Source: Heterodontus francisci
Taxonomy: Eukaryota
Assembly: GCF_036365525.1 (NCBI RefSeq)
Contig: NC_090406.1
Coordinates: forward strand, 36,457,515-36,521,514
Direction: 5' to 3'
DNA length: 64,000 nucleotides
Shown: positions 32,919 through 44,000 of the stretch, one piece after another
How positions within the stretch are numbered: the first letter of the stretch is position 1
Layout of the letters: each line of letters begins with the position of its first letter
Translations under genes and position numbers: made by a program
The notes under the pieces: generated by a model
Seen by the model: the letters and a program-made list of their open reading frames with translations, nothing else
Told to the model about the DNA's origin: nothing
Databases searched by the model: none

Positions 32919-34016
32919 CAGTTAATTCAGCATTTCTGTCAATCGTGAAATCACAATCATGATGAGGGATAGGAGCACATGCAATAGTGAACCATTTTTC
33001 TGTATGAAGAATGCATTATAGCTCATATTTACACATATCTGTTCTAAGATAGCAGTTTACAAATTAAGATGACATATCTAGGGTTAGATTTACTGGACCC
33101 TGTAAAGTTGGACCTGAGGTCCCTACACTTTAGTTCACTTTCAACATATCTGCAACCATTCCAGGAGAAATTGTATTTACCTTGAAAGGTCGAGTTACTA
33201 TCGGCTCCAAAATTCACCAAATAAAATCTGAAAAATCACAATTTCATGAAGATGCCACCAGGTCCCCACAGAAGATAAATGTTACCCCATCAGCATTCAC
33301 ATTTCCAATTCTAAATCCATCAATATGATAAACTGCAACTTCTAAGGTACAATTTTTTATCATCAATAACTATTGGTATACCTATACCTACAAGTCTGGG
33401 TCCCATTGCATTTTTAGTCAGACTCCATGTTTCCACAAGTCATAAGCTGTTTTTGGTCTGTCAGCTTTTGTCACTTTTCTAGATTGACTTTTCTGTGCCG
33501 CTGAATCCTGTTCTGCTTTACCAGTTTTTCACACTTCCCTTTCACCTGCCTATTAATCGCATAAGAAATAGGAACAGAAGTAGGCCATATGGCCCCTCGA
33601 ACCTACGCCACCATTCAATAAGATCATGGCTGATCTACCGCAACTCCTCTTTCCTACAGTATCCCATATCCTACACTCTATTTCCCCCATTCTTATAGCT
33701 GTTCACACACTCTCTATGTCTTTTATGTTCAACCATCTCCTGTTTTCCACAAGTATTTTATAGGTCATTCTATCATTTTTCACGTGTGTGTATTTTCCCC
33801 ATTCCCTTCCCCTTGTTCTGTTCCTTTTTAAAATACTATTTATTTGTAAAATTTTCTAGTTCTGACAAGAGTTCACAGTCTTAAAACAACTAGTTTATTC
33901 CATTCACAAATGCTGCCTCTGTGTTTCCAGCATTTTGTGTTCTTGTTTCAGATTTCCAGCATCTGCAGTATTTTGCATTTAGGTAGTTAAAAAGCAAAAA
34001 GGACTAAAATATGAAA

Positions 34017-34147
34017 TAAAAGCAAAATACTGCGGATGCTGGAAATCTGAAACAAAAACAAGAAATGCTGGAATCACTCAGCAGGTCTGGCGGCATCTGT
34101 GGAAAGAGAAGCAGAGTTAACGTTTCGGGTCAGTGACCCTTCTTCGG
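34017..34147 (-). mobile_element. Short retroposon fragment with hammerhead-like core
   Basis: 9-bp TSD AATATGAAA (34008-34016 / 34148-34156). Same family as 6927-7157. Confidence 0.7.
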
Positions 34148-34489
34148 AATATGAAAGTTCTTCATTCAGAGTGGTCAACAGACTCCCACTGCAGCCAAAT
34201 ACCCTGGAATCATTCCAGATCCAATTGGATCATGCAACGGGGAAACAAGGGGAAACTCAATGGGTGAACTAAGATGAGTCAAATGGTCTTCCTCCTCTAT
34301 AATTATCTTGTGACTGTGTACTTGTTCTGAGGTTAGCTGATAAAAGTATTACTGCTTTGTTACACTGCAGTCTTTTGTGTACCTTTCTCATCTATCAAAC
34401 TCTTCCCGGGTAACATGAAGTCACTCCCCCGCAGTCTTGTCAAATTGAGTCTCGGTTCAACCCTTGACATGATTGACATGAACCATACT

Positions 34490-34684
34490 CCGCCTCTGAA
34501 GTCCTTGATTGGTCCGTGTCTCATTCAATTTCATTCTTTCAATATTGATTGCTTAGATCCTTTGTCAATCAGTTAGTGTGCCGCACCCAGATAATGTTAT
34601 TAAAGGGTTTTAAATCCATTGCCCCGGAGCAGGAACTCAGTTGTAGAGGGCGTGAAGAGTAGTGTAAGTTACTGAGACAAGTTG
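34490..34684 (+). promoter_or_regulatory. Core promoter and non-coding exon 1 of perilipin gene C
   Basis: ATTGG at 34508, TATA-like TTTTAAA at ~34608 followed by TCCATTGC (compare TGCATTGC in genes B and D), local CpG enrichment, donor TG/GTAAGT at 34685. Exon 2 acceptor CCACCAG at 35010. Confidence 0.6.
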
Positions 34685-35026
34685 GTAAGTTTAGAAACTT
34701 TTTGCCTGTTTCCAAAAGTTTTAATTATTTTGTTTTGTAGGTTTCACTTGCGATTTTGTTCGAGAGTGTTCAAAGTAACTTTTACTGTTATAAGAACCTT
34801 CATTTCTGGTGTATTTTGTCACAGGCAGACTTTTAAACTTTTGATGGGATTCCACCCAACTTGAGTTAATAAATTCGTTAATGTAAAAGTTTTCTGATTC
34901 TACCCCAGTCGCTATCTTCACTAAGTTAAAAGTGATTTTTTTCCCCCCGGCACTATCCCACTCTCGGCAGTTACCGGATAGCTGACTTAATCCCAATTTA
35001 TCTCCACCAGACTTTTCCGATTTGTC

Positions 35027-35095
35027 ATGGCGTCAGAAGTGGCCGAAAACGTTGAAGTCTCCAACCTAACTGAGCACCAGGAGAGCGGAGAACAG
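35027..35095 (+). CDS. Gene C first coding exon ([23 protein letters not shown])
   Basis: GTCATGG Kozak context; CAG/GTACT donor. Confidence 0.85.
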
Positions 35096-38000
35096 GTACT
35101 TTACCCACTAGCTGTGGAAGAAAGTGTGTCTGTATTTCTAACTTTGACCTAGTAACCTGTAGACGGTTAACTAAGGGTGACTGGAGAAATCTTCTTGAGT
35201 AAGATAATGATTCATTAGCACGAGTTGGGGATCAGCAGTCCCGGAACTGCTTTCTGCTCCAGTTGAAAATGTAACTCACTTACTGACTCAAAGCATTCGC
35301 TGTTGTGACATTTGACCTATTTTGCAATAAACTAACTTTCATTGACTTGGATTATAAAGCTATACCATTCGAGTGTAGCTAAAAGACCATCTAGTGCAAC
35401 CAGAAAACGGTTAAAATTAAGGGTAGAAGCTGCAAATTTAGAATCTAGCGTTCATTCCAAACGGGCCCTCTTTCTTCCCCCTCCTTTTCTCTTCACCGAA
35501 GCACTTGACACTTTCCCTATTCCCAAAGACTTGCAGATGTTGTTTGTCCTCTTTATTTAGTGCTATGTTTATTCCGTTGAGGCCAAAACATTGCATTTAC
35601 AAAGGATATTGTTTATAAGGATCTTAAATGCTTCTAAATAGACATGTGGATCAAGGTGTGGTCTAAGGCCTAGACTAGTTGGACTGAATGGCCTATGTCC
35701 ATGTTGTAATTTCTATTGCCTGGTCTACCAAGAAATAAGATCAATATCCAAGTGGTTACTATATATTACTGGCTACTTTTGATCTACAACTGTGCTGTAA
35801 AGTTATTCCACTGGAAACTCAACTTTCTCTACCCCTTAAGTTGAGATCCCCATGCTAAATATACAAATTAATGTAAAACAATCCTTGCATACACATATTT
35901 AGGATGGTTGCTCAATCTTGTGGCATAAGTATTTCCCTACACTTGATTGCTATAAAAATCCAACTGTTCTCAATGGAACTGCACAGAGGGGTGCTCTCTC
36001 TGTCCCTTGAGTCATTGAAATGAATTACTGTGCAATGATCGGGTAATTCCATGATTTTGTGTTTCAGAATGTGGTGAACAGGGTGACTAGCCTGCCTCTT
36101 GTGAGCTCAGCCTATGACATGGTATCAGCTGTATACAACAGCACCAAGGAGAACCACCCATATGTGAAATCTGTTTGTGATGTTGCTGAGCAGGGAGTGA
36201 AGACCATCTCTGCTGTGGCTGTCAGTGGTGCCAAACCAATTATAGACAAACTGGAGCCTCAAAGTAAGATTGGAGTATCCTTCAGCTTATTTGGATTTAA
36301 AGGCTAAACTTTGCCTTAACAGTAACTGTACATTGAGTAAGATAATTGGATATGCTGCTTTAGGACCCCCTGGACATATTGGAAATAATAGCTTGTTCAA
36401 GCCTGTTTATTGGGCTGATGAAAAGTTAAGCTTGGTACCCAGCAATAATTTGAGAAAATTCTCTCAAATGCAAATTATATTCTCGTATTAAGTGATTCAA
36501 TACCTGGTTTAGAGATTTTAAAAACAAATAGTTGCCTAATATGATTGTTAGAAATTTCTAACAATTGCATGGCTCTACCCAAGTAAAAGAATAAGCATTC
36601 AAGTGTGAATTCCACCCGACTGAGGTCTAAAGTCTATCTGTGCCCTGAAGTAATTTTAAACTTTTATTTCTATCTGCCCTTCTGGAAGTCCCTGACTTAT
36701 GAAGTAGTCAGGATTGTCACTGTTTCAGATGAAACATCAAAACCTAAGGACTCAGGCTGCACCCCTGACTACCCCCAAACTCAGGTGGCTGTAAAAGATG
36801 CTTTTTGTTTCTGTAAAAGAACAGGGAGTTCTCTTGTCTCATAGTTATCCCTAAACTAACAGCACAGATTTAGTCACTGTTGGGACTTTGTATAGCTTTG
36901 CTATATTACAAGTAACTACTTTTGTTTTTCTGCCAAGAATACTTAAGTCACTTGTCATGTTGTCTACTGCTCCAGTAAACACTTCACTTAACTTTTTTTT
37001 TTTCTATTTTTTTAATGAAGCAATAATTATTTTGGTTGAGGGTTCTGTGGAAGGTGCAGATCACCAGATTTGTGTATTGGGTGAGGCCACGGAGGGATTT
37101 GAAAACTGGTATTAGAATTTTAAAATCAAGATGTTGCTTGACTGGATGCTAGTGTAGGTCAGTGAGCACAGGGGTGATAGGGGAATGGGACTTGGTTTGA
37201 GTTAAGACACTGACAGCAGAATTTTGGAGGGTAGAAGGTTGGAGACCAGCCAGGAGTACATTGCAACAGTCAAGTCTAGAGGTAACAAAGGTGTGCATGA
37301 GGGTTCAGCAGCGTATGAGCTGAGATACGGGTGAAATTGGGTGATGTTATAGGTGGTCTTTGTGATGGCATGAACATGAGGTCAGAAGAACATCTCTGGG
37401 TCAAATGTGACACCAAGGTTGCGAACAGACTGGTTTAATCTCAAACTGTTGTAAGGAGGAAGATTGGAGTCAGTAGCTAGGGAACAGAGTTTAGAATAGG
37501 GACCAAGCCAATAGCTTTAGTCCTTCCAATATTTAATTGGAAAAATTCTGTTCATCCAGTACTGGAAGTTAAGTAAGCAGTCTAATAATTTAGCAACAGT
37601 GGAGAAGTTGTGGTGGTGAAATAGAGCTGGGTGGCATCATTGTACACATGAACACATTTGTTTGGATGATGTCACCTAAGGGGCAGCATGTAGGTGAGAA
37701 ATGGGGCCAAGGATAGAACCTGAGATAATGGTGCGAGTAGGAAGAGAAACCATTGCAACTAGATTAACATTCAAAGGTATCTTGTGCACTTTCAAAGCTA
37801 TCCAAGCTCAACAGAAAATTGTCGTGTAGCTCTTGGCTGTGGTGCACTTGGGAATAAAATTGCAGCCCGGACACACTCTCTAGTTTGGCTACTGCTTTGT
37901 ATCTGTCATTGCAGCCATATTTGAATAGTGTGACATGCACCAAAGCAACAGCACTGGAGTCATTGCTGTAATTGTGGGTATTTACTATTGTATGGGTCAG

Positions 38001-41000
38001 TACAGTATTAAAATGTACATATACTATCCAACAAAGTAACAGTTCATGACCATGATTTTGTTTTATATTTTAAAACTAATATGTAAAATAAGGACAGACT
38101 CCCAGGTTCAGTCCTTCAATAACACTTATTTGGTAGCTTAAGTTAAATCTAGAATCAGCCAGATGAATCATCTGGCTCAATGTGGGCATTTTAGATTTGT
38201 TTGTCTCTAAGCAAAAGTTCTTCTGTACTCAGTTTCAGCAGCTAACGAATATGCCTGTATAGGCTTGAATAAACTGGAAGAGAAGCTTCCAATTCTCCAA
38301 CAGACCACACCCCAGGTAAGGAAATCATCTACAAAATGACCCTGCAGGTGGATTGTGTACCATGGTTATAGGAACCTCCAATCCACTGAACTCTTTTTTT
38401 TTTTTTTTACTATCGTGCTTGGTGAAACAAAGAACTTTGAAGTTCTATTTCCACTTGAAATATCTGCTTGGATGGCGTCTCAACTTGTGAATGCTAAGAT
38501 GCCTGACTACTAAGTGTAATGTCCATATTTTGTATGACTCTCTACCAAGGTATATTAAAGCCCTGCCTTTTAATTTCCATGTGCCCATTGCCAATTTCAT
38601 GTAGTCTATTAGTTGCTATGGTCAAATGTCCCAGAAATTGGTTTATTCTGTACAAATTAAAATATTTGACTAGGAATAAATGAATGACTTTCACTAAGTT
38701 CATGTGTGTGTAAGACCTCTAATTGCACAAATCCATCCAGAGTAAGTCGGAGGCTGGGAATTCTATGGCAAGTAACCCACCTCCTGACTCCCCAAAGCCT
38801 GTCCTCCATTTACAAAGCGCACGTCAAGAGTGTGATGAATACTCTCCACTTGCCTGGAGGAGTGCGGTGCCAACAACAAAGTGCAACATCGTCCAGGACA
38901 AAGCAGTCTGCTTGATCGGCACCCCATCCACCACCTTAAACAGTCCCTCATTCCACCACCACATCATGGCAGCAGTGTGTTCCATAGACCAGATACATTG
39001 CAGGAACTCGCCATGCCTCCTTCAACACTTTCTAAACCTACTACCTCTTCCACCTAAAGGACAAGGGCAGCTGATGTGTGAGAACACGACCATCTGCAAG
39101 TTCCCCTCCAAGTCACACACCATCCTGACTTGGAAATATATCTCTTTCTTCACTCACTAGATCAAAATCTGTATCTGCACCAGATGGACTGCAACAGTTC
39201 AAGATGGCAGCTCACCACCTTCAGGACAATTTGAATGGGCAACAAATGTTGTCATTCAGTGCCCACATCCTACGAAATAAAACAAACTTCACCAGTTACA
39301 ACTGCGCACACTTGTGAAATTGCCCTCTGTGTGGATTAGGGAGCTGGACAATGAAAACCTGAATTTTCATCTAGAACTGAATGTTTGCAGACTCTTCAAA
39401 GACTGGTCACACTAGTGCAGAGTTTATGTATTAATTTTTTTTTTTAATGCAGGTTGTTGCTGATACCAGAGAGCTGGTTTCATCCACAATAACAGGAGCC
39501 AAAGATGCAGTCTCCAACACTGTGACCGGAGCTAAAAATACCGTGACTGGTGTAGTGGACATGGCCAAGGGGGCAGTCCATGGTGGCATTGAAAAGACCA
39601 AGACTGTGATGGTTGAAGGAGTTAACACTGTCGTTTCATCCAGAGTAGGCCAGATGGTGACTACTGGTGTGGACAGTGCACTCAATAAATCTGAAGAGCT
39701 GGTTGATCATTATCTTCCTATGACTGAGGAGGAACTGGGTAAGTAAGAAATTACATATTTTCCTACCTCTACTTTTCTAGGATGCTTTTGTATCTGTTTC
39801 AGTGGTCCTAAAAATCCTAATTTTACCTGAGCGGTCAAGTTGGGTCTTGTACATATCAGTGATCGCTCTCTACTATCAACATTGAGCATGTGCACCCTCT
39901 GAATTTTAAAGATGGGTTCTGCAGGCTTGTGCTCTTGAGAAGTACGAAGTTTCTTCAGAAGTGCAGAATATTGTTTATAGGTACTGCTAACTTTTTAAAC
40001 TAAAAGCATCAAATTGCTTGTTGGCATTTAGTGTCATTAACAATTCACTTCCTGCTTTTCCCCCTCCCATGGTTTTAGTCAAATAGGTTTAATAGCTGAA
40101 CGATCCCAAAGTAAAATGGCTTCTGTAAAGGTCACAATTGCATTTCACCACTGTGAATGCTTGGAAGGGGAACTTCCTATTACTCCAAAACGAGTGCTTG
40201 CTTTGTCTCTAGTCCTCACACTTCCCAATGTACTTGTTGCCAGGAGCACAATCCTCCTGTATAGGAAGCTTGAGAAAGCATTAGTGCTAAGCAGCTCCCA
40301 CAGTGGACCGACTGATCTGTCTTCAGTTAGAAGTTAAAACTATTCTAAAGTTGTCATTTAAATGCAAGTTTGACTAAGTACATTCCATTTTATGCAAACA
40401 GTTTGATTTAAAAATCTTGATCAATTTCCTTGCACTCAAATCTAAACAGTAATGTGCATCACCAAACATGTAAAGCCTGTATAGACTAATAGCCTTGATT
40501 GTAAACCCTCTTGTTTCAGCTAAATTGGCCACTTCTGTTGAAGGCTTTGAAGTGGCCCCAGCACACGAGCAGAGTTACTATGTGCGCTTGGGATCGTTGT
40601 CTTCAAAGATTCGACATAGAGCATACCAGCACTCCACATCCAAGTTGCAGAAGGCTAGGCAAAGCAGCCAAGACATCATGGCTCAGCTTCACAAAACAAT
40701 GGATCTGGTAAGGATAAACACTGTTGCTGGGTGACTTTTTGGACATGGGCTGTATTCTATTCCTTGTCTCCAAGAATCCACCCTCAAATCAAGTGATGTG
40801 TAGCTCCAATACATCTTGATGAGCAAACTTGCTTTCTTGTTTTTACACTACACTACACTAGATATCTCAAGTTCAGTATGACCAACCATTTCTATCAGCA
40901 GACATTGTGCTCCCCCTTTTTACATGCCCAATAAATGATGGCTGACTAAGGCTCAGGAAAGGATCCTTCCTGTACACCACCTGGCAGGAATGTGCTCATC

Positions 41001-44000
41001 TTGCAATTTGACACCAGCTTTGAATCAGTGATTTTAATTCACTAGCCAGTTGAATAAAGTTTGCAATAGACTTTCTTCACTGGGCAGTGCAGTGGTTAGC
41101 AATGCAGCCTCACAGCTCCAGTGACCCGGGTTCAGTTCTGGGTACTGCCTGTGCGGAGTTTACAAGTTCTCCCTGTGACTGCGTGGGTTTTCTCCCACAG
41201 CCAAAGACTTGCTGGTTGATCGGTAAATTGGTCATTGTAAATTGCCCTTAAGGTAGGTGGTGGGGATGTGGTAGGGAATATGGGATTAATGTAGAATTGG
41301 TATAAATGGGTGGTTGATGGTTGGCACAGACTCTGGCCAAAGGGCCTGTTTCAGTGCTTTATCTCTCTGACCATCTATCAACTTTAAACCAAGGTTTACT
41401 TACATTACAATTGTCTAACCTAGTCTAAAATTGGACTTGGCTGCCAATAGTAAGAAACTGGCCACTGAATTGTTGATCGACAAGTGCTCCAGTTGATGGC
41501 CCTGTTGCCATTCAATGTCTTGCGCCTCTGGCTCTGGCCTATCCTTTGATCTGTAGCTTGGGTGCATATCAGCACTCCACATCCAAGATGCAGCAGGCCA
41601 GGCAAAATAGTCAAAACCTGTCTCTGCTTCACAACACAATAGATTTGCTAAGAATGCACACTTGCCAGATGCTGCTGAGTAGCATTGAACCACTATTTGA
41701 AATGGGCAGGATTCGATTTATGAGAAACATTTTTCACATCCAAACCCAATTCACCTTTTGAGCAGGCTATTTATATGCACTGGATATTTTTCTGATTCAG
41801 TGTCACTGGCCACTCTTGAGCAGATGTTGTGTCCCTCACAAAAGTGTAATAATCTGTTCTAATGAAAAGTCATTGACCTGAAATATTAACTCCTCCACAT
41901 GCTGTCAGACCTAATGAGTTTTTCTAGCATCTGCATTATTTTGCTCTTTTATAACAGCACCCGAGTTACTGGCATGGAATGTGCTGACAGATGATTCTCT
42001 TGATGTAAACTTTTTAATAAACAAATAACTGATTTTTCTACATAAGGTAGACAAACCTAAAATACACTTTTTTTACACTTGGGTGTCACTGTTCACAATC
42101 TAGCCTTTGTTTTTTTTTCTCCCCTCTTGTGGGAGGGAAGGGGCACTAACATTTTGTTCTGGTGTTCTGCTCAATGTCACTGCACTGGTGAGAGAAAACT
42201 GGAGCCTAGCTCCTTTTTGGACTAGCACTGATGCATGGATCACTTTCTGCTGTTTGAGACTGAAACTAGCCTCCATAATTATGCAAGAAGTTTCTGACCA
42301 CTGAACAGTTGGTGAGGACTCGCTGTTGCTGTTCACATCATTTTTCAAAGTCTCTAATAGCTCAAACAAAGCCCTGACCACAGACTGGGGCATGTGCTTC
42401 AATTGCTGTTCAAGTGGTTTGGGACCACCTGCAGCTATTTTTATCTCTTGCATTTGGAATAATTCATCAATATTCAATGTAGGCCTTCAATGAAGGATGC
42501 TGCAAATTTCTGCAGTGACTACCAAGTAGCACTTCAGAGATCCATTTGTGTAGGTTTTTTAAAAATTCACTGCTCTACAGTCCAAAAACTAATTGCTTCA
42601 CCATTTGGCAGCCATGCCTTCAGCTTAAGCCCTAAGCTTTGAAATCCTTTTTTTTTTCCTCTGCCCGTCCCCAGCAAGATATTCTCTTAATCTCGGTCAA
42701 AAAAGGTAAGTTTTAACATTCCTTGGGATATTTACTACATTTGAAGGCACTAAGTTCTAGCATTTTATTTCATTAAATCAGTGATGGGCAAGATCTGTAT
42801 TTGGTATAGACCAATATTAGTTGCTCCAAATCTATAGACTTGATATATCAAAGAACTTCAATTTTCTGCCTGAGGTGAACTTTGCCCTAAACTTCTGTTT
42901 AAATGTGTCAAATTAGCTCATTCTAAAGTGGGTACCCTCTAGTCGTTGAATGCCTTGCATTACTTGGGTCCCTAAATCTGATTTTTTTTTTTTTTAAATT
43001 AACACCTCTAGTTAATAGGGCTTTAGAATCTTTCCATGATATCAATTAATTTTTCATTAACAATGAAAGATTTCAAAGCAGAATATTGTCTCCACTAAAT
43101 ATTCCATTTATGAACTCCCCACCCCCCCCCCCCACACACACACACGCCCAGGCTTTGTCTAGGAATTTGAGCTATCCATTCCAAACTCAGTAGGATATTT
43201 ATGTTGCACTGAATGTAGTTTGTGTTCTCCAGCTCTAGTCAACCAGAAACATTGAACTCCATTTTTCTCTGCAGATGCTGGCTGGCCTGATTTATTTCCA
43301 GCCTACTCTTCTTTTTTTATTTCTGATTGCCTCTAAATGGGCTGCACTCAAATTCTAACTAACAATAGGGTAAATCTTCCCAGCCAGTGAGGGGAGTGGG
43401 GTCAGTGAGCTGCATCAGGATGGCTGCCAGCCAGCTTCTGTTCAGTAGATAGCCAATTCAAATTTAAGGCCAAAATTTGAGGTTTTCTCAAGCTCACTGG
43501 TATTTTGCTGGTGACTGAGCAGCCCCCTACTATATGGGGGGGGGGGGGGGGGGGGGTGCTGCCAGCTCAATGGAGGAAGGCTGTTGGGTGGGGGTGGGGG
43601 GGTCCCATTGGAGTCAGAGGGGCCTATCCACAACAATGGCCACATCCATGGCCCAAATTCTGCTGCTGGAGAAGTTCCCTCTGTTCCAAGGGGCCTACCT
43701 GCTTGGCCCCTCTGAATTTTCAGTACAATTTCATGCCTCTGCACTTTTTTTTTTTTTTTGTTTGTTTTCTAAGGCACCCTCTGTCTTCAACCTGCCTCAG
43801 CAGTGCCCACATGTCTTAGTGGGGCTGCTGGTCCTGTGATTGGGCTGGCAGCATCAGGAGCCCAGCCACTATCCTCGATATGACCATGAGTACTGAGGCT
43901 GCCTCGGGGTGGGGGGGGGGGGAAAACTCTCCAAGTCTGGCTCCCAGCAAGTGTGGGCTTGTGGGCGGTGGGGTTCCCATTTGGTCCTGAAGCCCATAGG

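Noticed and set aside
42100-42477. 125-aa minus-strand ORF in an intron of gene C
   Set aside because: Non-ATG start, no recognisable motif or splice support; possibly an ancient TE remnant or a chance ORF.
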